DNA of 64,000 nucleotides, from positions 1 to 64,000 of the forward strand of contig CAJNYD010000225.1 in the NCBI GenBank assembly GCA_905331295.1, given 5' to 3'. Position numbers and translations under genes: made by a program. Shown here piece by piece: positions 50,151-62,243 of the stretch. The notes beneath the pieces are model-generated. The model saw only the letters and a program-made list of their open reading frames with translations, made no database searches and had not been told where the DNA came from. Position 1 is the stretch's first letter. Each line of letters opens with the position of its first letter. This stretch comes from Rotaria socialis. Its lineage: Eukaryota.

Positions 50151-51182
50151 TTAAACTTCACCTTCTTGTTGAAATGCAGTTGTAGCCATTGCTTTCAGCG
50201 GCATTTTTCGAGTTACAATCGGTGGCAGCACAGTTGATAGTTTTATTGAGGGTCGAAATGATGCTATTTTATTTGACTCAATATTTTCTGTACGACTATT
50301 GAGTAATTGACGTTGTCGTTTACTGTACGATTGTTCATCATTCGATTCAATGCTTTTCGATGAAAGAGGTCGTAATTGTTGCGGTGGTGTAGGTGGTCGT
50401 CGTTTAATCAATAATGCTTTGGTTAGATCTGGATCAGGACTAGCTCGACTACCGAGTGATGATGAACGATTCGATAAATGTTTAGTTGATAGTGCATGTA
50501 GTTTGTGTTGTGTTTCGCTAGTACTTGAAAATTTTGGTGGTTTATTTGGCAAAATAGCTTGCGCCAGACGAGCACGAGTTTGTGCTTGTTGTTGTTGAAG
50601 TTGTTTTTCGCGATACAATTGATTAGTAAGCTGTGCAATTAATGTTGAACGTTGGTCAAGTTCAATTTTTAATTGTCGTTGTTTGTCAATCTCTAAACGT
50701 AATTCTTGCGTATGTTTTCGTTCATTTACAATCAGGAGATTTTCATAATCATTAATAGATTTTTCTTTTTCTTCCAAAATTCTGTTTAAATCATTGATTG
50801 TCTGTTTACATTGATGAATTTCATTTTCTAACTGCTCAATTGTTAATCGAAATTTACCTTTAATCATTTTTCAATAAAATAAAATACATGTTAAATTCTA
50901 ATTCATACTTACTGTCATCTGTAGAATTAACTATAGTACCACCACCTATTGCTAATTGAAAAGTAAGATCTAAATACGAAATTGGTTAGATTGAAAGAGT
51001 GAAAAGCATTTTGTCATTTAAAATATACCACTGCATTTTTGTTGCCATTTAGAAATTTCTTCATGAAGATTAGACAATGTTGATGCATGTTCACGCTGAA
51101 TAAATGTAATCGATTTTTCAGCACTTTGCAGTCGTTGAGTCAAAGTATTGATATCAGTCACAGAATATTTGATCTCCGACAT
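50151..51182 (-). CDS. CCDC92: Coiled-coil domain-containing protein 92, 3 coding exons
   Basis: Exon 1 LTQRLQSAEKSITFIQREHASTLSNLHEEISKWQQKCSDLTFQL matches the CCDC92/74 N-terminal block; coiled coil ELDQRSTLIAQLTNQL; C-terminal VLPPI. Confidence 0.8.
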
Positions 51183-51674
51183 TATTCAAATCTAGAAAAA
51201 AAATGAAGTGAGTATATATTTTTGAACAAAATTTATTGCAAAGAATAAATTAAGTAACAGACATTATTATGTATTCGAATGTCTGCTAAAACATCTATCC
51301 ACAAAATCAATCAATCAGAGTCGTTTTTTTATCGTGTTCAACACTAACAATAACATTTTTTTTAAATTAAACATTGTAAAACACACTACGAAAAAGAACT
51401 AGGAAAGAAAACTGAAATATAGACAGACACCAAGCAACACAAATAAACCGTTTTGATGGTTAATGATGGATGTTAAGAAAAAGAAGAATATGCATCGGCA
51501 TTTTCAAAAGAATGCAGAAAGCGCAACAGATTGCATTCCCATCCATTCAGTATAATGTGAGAGAAAAATTTGCTTTATTTTCCTCTATGAAAAAGATGAG
51601 AAAAAGTAACATGACCTATTATCTGACGAACATTGAAGTTGTCATCGATTGAGTGAGAAAGTTCGAGATTATAT

Positions 51675-54600
51675 TTAATCGTCGCGAGCATTCCAATTGC
51701 GAACTTTTGCACGAGTACTTCCTCCTCTGCCTCCACCTCGAGAGGTGATTGCTGCTTGTTGTTGATTAGACGATCGATTTGTACGAGCTGTCAGTGCTTT
51801 ACGTTGGGCATTTACATTGATTGTTGATGATTCTTTTAATTCAATACTGTTAAGAATAATAGTTTAACGGGAAAAAAACGAATTTACTTGCTATCGATGG
51901 TCCTTTGCCTGGCGTATTATCAAGCACTTTCCATAAATCACGAATATTTTCTGAAGCTATTGTAGTTATTGTATTGCCACTATTCATTAATGGGTCTGAA
52001 AGTATGGATGAATTAGAGTGAGAGAGTACTGTCATGAAATTACTTTCGGCTTTTTCAGGTGCACTTGTTGGTCTTTGCTGCTGCTGCTGCTGTTGTTGTT
52101 GTTGTTGTTGTTGTAATTCATTTGCTAATTGATCGGCTCGTTTTCGATTTTCTAACTCCTGAAAACAAATTATAAAAAAATAAGTTTTTAGAATGAGAAA
52201 AATATATTACTTGTTTTGTTAAAGCATACTGTAGTTGTTCAAGTCGTTGAAGTTTATTTTCTAGATTAACATAATCCTTTTTTGGTGAAGTTGGAATATT
52301 CGAACGAATATTTGTTGGTATTACATCAACAATCTGTGGACGTTTTATTGTAGCTGGTTCATCTATATGTTAGTTGTTGATTGTTTTTAAGAAAGCGAAA
52401 AAGTTTTTTTGTTTGAACAATTACCTTCATATCGATTTAACTGTGATCGTAAATGATTACTGATTTCTAATAAACGTTCTTTATCATTGATTAATGTTTG
52501 AATGCGACTATTTGTTCTTTCTAGTCGACGTTTTAATTGTTCGATTTCTTGTTTTAAAAGAACTTCTGTAACATTGATACCATCATCATTGGAATTGCCA
52601 TTATTATCATTTAGTTTGGGTCGTAGTTCTGTTAGAATGATGATTGGTTTATTTTAGAAGAGAGAAATCGAAAATATTAAACTTACCAGAATATTTCTTT
52701 GTTAAACGTTCAATTTCATCTTGTAGTTGTTGAATAAGAATTTCTTGACCACCATAATTGAACAGAGGAGTGCGACCAGCTAATTCTAATTTTGCTTCAC
52801 TTAACTAAATTCATAAAGAAAAAGAAACTATTTTAAAAACTAATGAATAACTTAGAGATATCTTTCAAAAAACCTATATGAAGACAAGATTGATGAACAA
52901 TGCGAAAACTACTTGACTATTAATATATGATACTCATTAATAAATTGTCCTCGAATATATCATTTTTTGGTAACTAATAGTTAATCTTTTTTTCAAAATT
53001 ATATTCAAACCGATTCCTAGTGTTCCTAAAGCAAAATTTTGAAATACGGCTCAAACTGGTGATCGATCTATCTAACATAGAATTGAGTTTTCCGAACTGA
53101 ACTTGACTTAAGTATGAAAGTAATGATGATGAAGTGAAATTTATCACGAACTGCCTTATTTTAAAATATTTTAAGGGGAGAATAGAGTACGAGAGAATTG
53201 TCATAGACCCTAATGAATCCATTAATAAAGCAGTTAAAACAATTCAGTTTCAATTATTTTTGTGTGTGTAAAATTTAAAAATAGCTTTGCTTTTCTACAT
53301 ACTAAATATACGTATGTGAATCGTTTAACTGTTGGCTATCTTTCTTCGAGAATCAATCATTCATACTATATTAGCTACTTTTGTAACTTATATCTTATTA
53401 CAGGAAAAGAAAAACATTCTTCAGCACACCTTTCGTTCTAATTCAGCAACATCAGCACTTCGTTCAATAATTCCTTTTTGATATTCATCAGCTTCACGTC
53501 TTGTTTCTAAAAGCAGTGCTTCCACATCACTCAGTTTTTGTTTCATACTAGTCAATTCAGTTTGATGGCGACGATCATCAGCATTTGATTGATATGTTAA
53601 TTGATCAATACGTGATTGTCTTTGTCGAAGCTGTAAAAAACGAAAATGAAATTTAAGGTTTTATATCTTACGATAAAATAAAAATTACTTCGCGTTGAAA
53701 ATTGTCATGATTTTTTTCTATTTGAATTAAACGACCTTCTAATTTTCGTACTTGAGATACCAGTTGCACTTTTTCCGTACGTAGAGTGGCTAGAAAAATA
53801 AGTTGTTATTTTACCAAATTTTAATTTAATATAGAAAATAAAAGTCTCTTTTATTACCAATGGTATTATTTAATGATTGTACATAACTATTTAATTGTGG
53901 ACTCTTTTTAAGTTCATTATTAACAGCTGTATGATCAACATCAAGCGTTGAATGTCGTGAATCCAGCCGAGAAATTAAATCGCGATTCTGTTGGCGTAAT
54001 GTTTGATTTTCATTTTTCAATTCAACCATTAAACTTGACTGTCCTGATGTTGTTTGACTAGGCAAATCATTTACAAGAGCTTCCATTTGTTGTCGCATTT
54101 GTGCAACAACAGAACGAAGATTTTCATTCTCCCGTTGTAAAACAACTAAAACATCAGCATCACCACCGTTCTGTTACAAAATACAATTCTAACATAAAAA
54201 CTATAGAATAGAACGAAATATCTTACTGATTTATATTGATTTGTATAAGCTTTAAGTAGATCATCTTTAAAATGAATATCATTTTCTAATTTTTTTACTT
54301 GTGCTATAGACTAGTGACAAAAGAAATTTATTTTTAGTTTTGACAAAAAAGAAACAGAAGAAAAATTTCAAAAACCTGTTCATGAGCACTGGATAATTTC
54401 TCAATAAGATCTTCTGATTTGTGATATTCTTGTCGTTGATTTTGTTCAAATTTTTTTTGCCAATCAATATCTAGCTGTGCTTTTGCTTCTTCCAGTGCTC
54501 GTTCACGATCTAAAGCATCTTCAAGCTCTTTTTTATATCTAAATAAACAATTAATTCGAATGAATAAAATTTTCTTTTTTTCCCATAAATAATATTTCAT

Positions 54601-56805
54601 ACCGATTAATATGATTATCTTTAATTTTAAGTTCAGCTTTCAGTGTATCACATTCATCTTGTAAAGCACGTAGTTCAATATTTTCATTGGCATGTTCTTT
54701 ACTTATTTTTGTTAATTGATGATTCCATTGTTTTTTTATCCGACTGATTTCATCTTGCAATCTAGCGAAAAAAAAGAAAAAATTAATTATTTTATAATAT
54801 GCTTCATGAATCTTAGAAAAAAAAAGTTTGTTTAACTGAAAAATTATTTATGCTTTGTTTTCTATTGAATCTTAGGTAAAATGTCGTTAACATACGCAGA
54901 TAGAGAAACATCTTTTTCTCGTATGATATGCTCATGTTCACGTTGTTTTTCATTTTGTTGTTGTCGTAATTGAAAACATTGATCATTTGAACTTTGCAAT
55001 TTATCGTCAAGTTCTTGATAACTTTGTTTTAATTGTTCGATTTTAATATCTTTTTCACGTATTAATCGATCAAGTTCACTGTATCTAATGAAAAAATAAA
55101 ATATAATTAACATGCTCTCATATTCTATTTCATAGCTACATTCACAATAAAAAAATTGGCCATAAACGGATAGACAAAGCTTGTGTTTGCATACAGAAAC
55201 GAAAAAGCAACGACTACTGTTTTGATAAATTTCGATAAGAACACTCTGTCATTTGATAAAAGAAGTTGTAAATAATGGAAGCAAATATTTGATCTTCATA
55301 TTTAGTGCAGGAAGATCATTGATTTCAGTATCAGATGAAGATTTAATCATTCAATATTTTACCAGGACACTTGAAGCTTTGCTTTACAAGTATTTTTACT
55401 GCTAGATGAAATATGACAGTTACTTTTCTAAAATATGTTTTATTCTAGGTCACAAAGGAATAAATTCTTGGTAAAAACACTCACATTTCTTTTTACTAGT
55501 TTCCTTTGACAAAAACAAAATTAAAATCTAGTTTAGTTTTCATTCGCTCTCTTTTATTCTATAACGAAATGTCTCGCTTCTATCTTATTCCTAATAAAAG
55601 CTATACATAGAAATGTGAAATAGTCTTTTAAATTCGAATAAATTTCATTGAAATTTTAAATAAATAAATAAATAATACTTTTTTTTGTAAAAACACAAAC
55701 ACTTGAAATTTTCGATAATATTCACTTACTTTCGGCTATAATCATCTTCTCGTTCTTGAAGTCTTCCATCGACATTACTACATTTGAATTCAAGCTCTTT
55801 AATCCTAAACGAAAAAACACGAAAAAAAAATTTCAGTTCGAAATCAACTAGAATAAAAAAGTTACCTTGCATTTTTTACAGCATCTTGTTCATGTAATTG
55901 CCATTCAAGTTCTTTAACTGACTTTTCCGATACTTTATTTCTTTCTGTTAATTCATTATTGTTTAATTCTAATTTACGAATTGTTTGCATATGTTGTTCC
56001 ATTTCTTCAGTTAATAATTTACTCTACAATAAGGAGAAAATTAAGAAATAGAAACAAACGAAAGATAATCTATTGTTACTTTAAGTTCACTTCCAAGTTG
56101 TAAATTGGTAACCTCATCTTGACGACGTTTCCAATCATATTCAAGCTTTTTTGTTTGCGTTTCAAAGTCATTTGTCAATTCTCGTCGTTGTCTTTCTAAT
56201 TCATTTTCGAGTTCTGTCAGACGACGATTGATAGCTCGACGTTCCTGTTCTAATTGTTCACGTTCTGTTTGAAGTATTTGATCGCATTGATGTTTATAAT
56301 TTGATAAATCTTTTTCTTTTATTGATAAGCGATGTAGAAAATGTTTTTTTTCTTCATCGATTTGTAATTCAATCTGTTTTTTTAATGTATACAATTGATC
56401 ATTAACAATTTTCAATTCTGATATTTCACTATTTTTTTCGTTTAAAATTTTTTTCATTTCTACATTTAAAAGAATTTGAAATAGAATATAGAAAAAATAA
56501 GTGGAACAAAAATTCAATAACCTTTGAAACGATTATCAAATGTCGCCAGTTCTTTATCTCGATCATCGATTAATTTTAAATTGTATTTAAAATCTTCTGA
56601 TAAACGATTATATTTTTGATTTAATTCAGCTACTTGTTGATCTTTATTTTCAACGGTTGCTTCTAGCGCAACGAGTCTAAAAGAAAGTGCAAATTTATTT
56701 TTATATGTTCAAAAAAGATATCAAAAATAATTACCGTTCTTGCATAACAGCTAGCCATTCTGTTTCTTTTTGTAAAGCGAGTTTTTTTAAGGTTTGATCA
56801 TCCAT
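51675..56805 (-). CDS. CCDC57: Coiled-coil domain-containing protein 57 (centriolar), multi-exon
   Basis: N-terminus MDDQTLKKLALQKETEW...LSEDFKYNLKLIDDRDKEL; LQRENENLRSVVAQMRQQME; DKERLLEISNHLRSQL; LQRLEQLQYALTKQEL; C-terminal KVRNWN (cf. KIRNYN). Confidence 0.85.
52075..52113 (-). repeat. Coding polyglutamine tract (Q13; CAA7 CAG5 CAA) in CCDC57
   Basis: ttg ctg x5 ttg x7 on the plus strand, in frame within a CCDC57 exon. Confidence 0.9.
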
Positions 56806-56901
56806 AATGCTCAATAAAAAAACATCTAGTTGATTATCTTTAATCCGTAGTCTTATTTTACGACTTTTATTTTCCTATTCATACTGCCATTTCAATATGT
56901 C

Positions 56902-56914
56902 GTTACTAAGCAAC
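56902..56914 (+). promoter_or_regulatory. RFX X-box
   Basis: GTTACTAAGCAAC, about 100 nt upstream of the CCDC57 ATG; fits GTNRCY-N-RGYAAC. Confidence 0.75.
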
Positions 56915-57055
56915 TGTGGAGGAACCACAAAGTGCATTACCGTTAGGAAGGTTTAAAAAAAATTTTTTTAATCGATAGAAATATTATTCAATGTATTTTA
57001 CTTTGAAAAAGTAAACTTATTAATTTTTTCCTGTAATTTTTATGTAATTAATTAT

Positions 57056-57068
57056 GTTGCTTAGTTAC
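57056..57068 (-). promoter_or_regulatory. RFX X-box
   Basis: GTTGCTTAGTTAC (reverse complement GTAACTAAGCAAC), about 100 nt upstream of the ARMC4 ATG. Confidence 0.7.
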
Positions 57069-57165
57069 AACACACTTCAAAATGAAATGATGGTATCGAA
57101 TTAATTTGTGTTTCCTGAAATTGCTTGACAAAGTCAATAGAAAACGACAAGAAGAAAAAGAAACC

Positions 57166-59984
57166 ATGCCATCGACAACGACAGGTAATATTTTATCAAT
57201 ATTGATGGCGTATGTTTTCTCATAGATAAATATATAAATATATATCGTTCTAATTAGATTATACAGCAAATGATAAGAATCATCAAAAGTTATTGTTATC
57301 ATCTCGTGATTGGGAGACACTAGCTACAGAGTATGATTTTTAACATTTTTTTTTAATGATAAAATGTTCGTTTCTCTATTTTGTTTTGTTTTTCTAGTCG
57401 CGGTAGTCTACGTAAAGAAAATACGACGTTATCGAAAATCGGTGGGTCTGAGCGAGGACTTAGTACGCGTGGAGGTGGACAAACAGATCGTAGTCGACGA
57501 ACAGCACATGGAAATTATGAATCGGATGCATCAAGTGAAGAAGATGAAGAAGAAGATCAACTAATCGAACGAGCAAGACAAGATCAAACTGATTTACCAA
57601 CAGAATATTGGCAAATTCAACGTTTAGTCAAATATCTTAAAGGTGGAAATCCAACGGCCACTGTAATTGCATTATCATCAATTCGTGATTTTAATTTATC
57701 GATTGAAACATGTCAAGTAGCTATTCGTGATGTTGGTGGTCTTGATGTACTCGTGAATCTACTTGAAACAGAGGACTTCGATTGCAAAGTATCTATTTTA
57801 CATATCGTTAACTTTTATTTATCTGGATCCATAAATATTGTGTTTTAGATCGGTTCATTACATATTCTGAAAGAAATTTCACAGAACCCATATATACGTC
57901 GAAATATTGCTGATCTTGGTGGTTTACAAACAATGGTAAAACTACTTGATGAACCTGATAAAGATTTAAAATGTCTTGCTGCTGAAACTATTGGTAATTT
58001 TGTTTTTTATTCAATGAAATAAATTATCCATTTTAAATCTTATTCGGTAATTTTAGCTCATGTCGCAAAATTTAGACGAGCAAGAAAAGTTGTTCGACAG
58101 AATGGTGGCATAAAACGACTAGTAAGTACTTTTCTGACAAACCATACCATTCGAATGCATGAAATAAATATTCAAAGGTTGGACTTTTGGAAAATGCTTC
58201 TATTAGTGGTCACGGCTCGATTAGTCATATTTCGGCTAGTGAAAATGCTAAAAATATTGAAGTTGCTCGCGCCGGTGCATTAGCTCTTTGGAGTTTAAGT
58301 CGATCGAACCATATTAAACACAGTATGCAACGTGCTGGTGTTATTCCACTTTTAGCTAAATTACTGAAAAGTTCAAATGAAACTATGCTTATTCCTGTCG
58401 GTGGTATAATAGAAGAATGTGCGACAGATGTATGATTTCTATTGCTTCTACTTTTCTTGATTGAATTTAAAATTATTTAAATTAGGCCGTCTATCGAATG
58501 GCTATTCGAGGTATGGTTCCTGATCTTGTGAAAAATTTATCAAGTACAAATGATGAATTGAAGAAGCATTGTGCCAGTGCGATTTTTAAGGTTCGAAATC
58601 AGATCTTTAGACAAAAGAACAACTATTTTCTGTTTAGTGTGCGGAAGATAAAGAAATTCGTGATCTTGTACAAAAATGTTCTGGTCTTCGTCCTTTACAT
58701 GATTTATTACAGAAATCAGGTAATAAACCTCTCTTGGCAGCAGCCACTGGTGCTATTTGGAAATGTTCAATTTCTCGCGAAGTAAATTTATTTTTATTTT
58801 GAGAATTCTTTTGTTTTTATTTCATTTTTATGTTAGAATATTGCACAATTTCAAGGATTTCGAACAATTGAAACACTTGTTCAATTACTTAATAATCAAC
58901 CAGAAGAAGTCTTAGTCAATGTCGTTGGTGCATTAGCTGAATGTGCTAAAGAACCAGAAAATCGAATAACAATTCGTAAATCTGGTGGCATTTCGCCATT
59001 AGTTAGTTTACTTACAGGAACAAATCAATCTCTATTAGTTAACACTTGTCTTGCTTTACGTCAATGTGCAGAAGAAACTGACAGTATACAGTAGGTTTTC
59101 AATGTTCTCATTAATTTTATTTTTCTGACATTTACTTAATAGGACGATTGATCGTTTGGATGGTGTTCGACTCTTATGGTCACTTTTAAAAAATCAAAAT
59201 CCACGAGTACAAGCAGCAGCCGCTTGGGCTATATCACCATGTGTGAAAAATATTAAAGTTAGTTGAGAAAAATAAAGTTCAAACAATTTTGATTTGTAAA
59301 CTCTATATATACCTATATATCTATTGTAGGATTCAGGTGAAATGGTACGAAGTTTTGTCGGTGGTCTTGAATTAATTGTAGCATTATTAAAATCAAAAGA
59401 TGTTGAAGTATTAGCAAGTGTTTGCGCTGCTATTGCTGAAATAGCAAAAGATGAAGAAAATTTAGCCGTCATAACAGATCATGGTGTTGTTAAACTTCTT
59501 TCAAATTTAGTAACACGAGTACGATAGAAGATTTTGTTTTGTTTTCTTATTTTCGAACATTCGCCATTTTTCTTTGACGTTCAAAATAGACTGAAGATTT
59601 ACTTCGTCGTTATTTAGCTGAGGCTATATCTGAATGTTGCAAATGGGGAAATAATCGACAAGCATTTGGTGACCATCAAGCAGTTGCTCCACTTGTTAAA
59701 TATCTTAAATCATCTGATCCTAATGTACATCGATCAACGGCGAAAGCATTACATCAATTATCAAAAAATCCAATGAATTGTGTTACAATGCATGATTATG
59801 GCGTCGTTCGAGTTTGTTTAATAATACACACATATCTATTGATTTATTTTCATATATTTTCTTGCATTAGTTATTAATGGAAATGGTCGGCTCGAAAGAT
59901 GATGTACTTCAAGAAAATGCAGCGATTTGTATTTCATATATTCGTCGATTGGCATTGGCAAATGAAAAGTCAAAAAATGGCTGA
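57166..59984 (+). CDS. ODAD2: Armadillo-repeat outer dynein arm docking protein ARMC4/ODAD2 (gudu-like), multi-exon
   Basis: [34 protein letters not shown]...[69 protein letters not shown]-terminus [14 protein letters not shown]. Exon 1 (57166-57184) and a small exon 2 (about 57267-57330) are phase-compatible. Confidence 0.93.
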
Positions 59985-61313
59985 ACTAAATAATTTGTCT
60001 TTACTTTTATAGATGAAGAGTTGAGTCGTGATTTTTTTTTACTGCACATTTATTTATGATTTTTTTTTCAGTACAATACAACTGCATCATGTTTCTTTTT
60101 CTTTTTTTTTGTAGTTGAATAAATATTTTTAATTTAATCAAATAATTTGAAAATTATCATCATTGCTACTATTCATAAGAATAAATTAAAATCTAATTCA
60201 GATGATAAAAGAAAGAATGAGACTTTTTAGATGCAAATATTTTTGTGAATAATACTGTTTTCAAGACGGTGACTTACGTTTCAATTCAAATATTCATATA
60301 ATAAGCGACATGCTTAATGTGATAGGAACGTTATTGTAATTGGCAAGAGTCGTGCATCTGTAAATATGACATATCAATAAGAAGGACTGTGGTACTTTTC
60401 AATGGCATTTCTTTGTTTCGAGACTTTTCATTAATAATGTATCAAAATATATTCTTATAATTGACTTTCATGGGATCTTTTGTTCTGTCTACTTATTATA
60501 ATATCTTTTTATTGACGTTTGTGTGCACGACACTGTTCATGAATTTACATTAGACATGTCTTCTATTAACGATGTTGAAAAGAAGTTTATAATTTATTTG
60601 TGTATGTAAGACTATTGTATCTTTTATTGATTAAGTAATGTCAAGGAATAAAATAAAATATGCATAGATGTTCAGTCACTTCTTCTCATATTCCACTTCA
60701 CTTTATTTTACTTAAATCGAACACCACGCAAACATTGTAGCATATAACATATACAGAAAAAAGAAAAAAGGAGAAAAATGAAAAAATGTTAGAGAATCGA
60801 CAACCATAACAACAACAACAACAACATGAATTCTTTTTTCTCTTTTCATTATTGAAACATAGCAAAGTGGTAGGAGGCAACAATCGATTCACACAATCTT
60901 TAAAAGAAAATATTCTCCAATACAGCGACAAAGGGAGCAAAGAGAAAGAGAAATAATAGAGTACTCCTGATGCATGCGTATGTTCTACTGATTGATTCAA
61001 AAATTTCTGTTTCTTCTTCTCATTTTTTTTTCTATTTTAGAAATAAAAAGAAAAAGAAAGAGTAAGAGAGAACTTTTCCGTTACTTGATTGTTGTTTCGG
61101 GCGTCAAGGTGCCCAGTGTTCTGTTGTCATCATTCGTTGACAACAGACGAAACAAAAGGGAGGCGTTTACATTATGAACATGTATGGACGTAAAAGAGAG
61201 CAAGAAACGGTTTCATTCGTATGCTTTTTTAATCACGAATTACATATTGTCATTTTTATTTCAGAACAGTGATTTTTAATTTTTCAATTTTCTTTTAGAT
61301 TAATTGAAGAAAG

Positions 61314-62243
61314 ATGGTTTTTTCTGAAACGAAGCCACGTGGTCCCATTTCGGCTATGAATTCAACGCCGGGTCCAGTTTATCTGTTGCCAGGTTTAGTA
61401 GGTAACAATGCTCATGACCCACGTTCAGTACACACCAAACAACCAGCATATTCATTCGGTCTTAAACATGGTAAATATAAAGATGAAGCATCACCTGGTC
61501 CATGTTATTTTCCGAATCCAAAAATATCTCGAACTGGCAAAGATGGAACACCACAATATTCACTTTACGCTCGGCGTGGTGATCTCAAGGGCGATCTCAA
61601 TCCTGGTAAGAAAATAACAATAACAATAGTGGCATAATTTCTATTGTATACTATTTTGAATAGGACCTGGTGCATATAAACCTGAAGAGGCAGGACCAAT
61701 GAAAACTGTCTTTCAAGCACCACCTGCTTATACATTTGGTACACGCCACAAATATTTCGGACTTGATAATACACCTGGTATTTTTCTATTTTGTCTGTTT
61801 TTATCGATATATTTTCCTCTTCTATTTTAGCACCTAATGCATATGGTTTACCAGGAATGCTCGGTAAAACAGTTCAAAGTGTAAAAAAACAAGCGCCTAT
61901 ATATACTTTAACTGGACGTAGTAAACGTGGTGGTTTCGATGAAGACTTGCAACGAACACCAGGACCAGGTTAACTATTGACTTATTCTAATTGAGAGTTT
62001 CATTTATATGTACATTCTTCAGGTGCCTATAATGTTGTGAAACCGGGTACTTATAAACAAGAACCACCACATTATAGTATGATAGCTAGAAATGAAATGC
62101 CAGGCGATTCAACTCAAAAACCAGGTCCTGGTAATTATTCACCTGAAAAAGTTTGGCTCCATAAGCAACAAGCACCTGGCTATTCATTTGGTATCCGACA
62201 TTCGATGTATGAAGCTCCACTTATTGTCGAAGTCAAAGAATAA
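61314..62243 (+). CDS. ODF3/CIMAP1-like SHIPPO-repeat ciliary microtubule protein, 4 exons
   Basis: KPRGPISAMNSTPGPVYLLP...PAYSFG...SPGPCY; repeated PGPG(A/N)Y SHIPPO motifs; C-terminal APGYSFGIRHS. Confidence 0.9.

Noticed and set aside
60780..61200. X-box for the ODF3-like gene
   Set aside because: Only half-sites (e.g. GGCAAC near 60876) are visible; no convincing full X-box.
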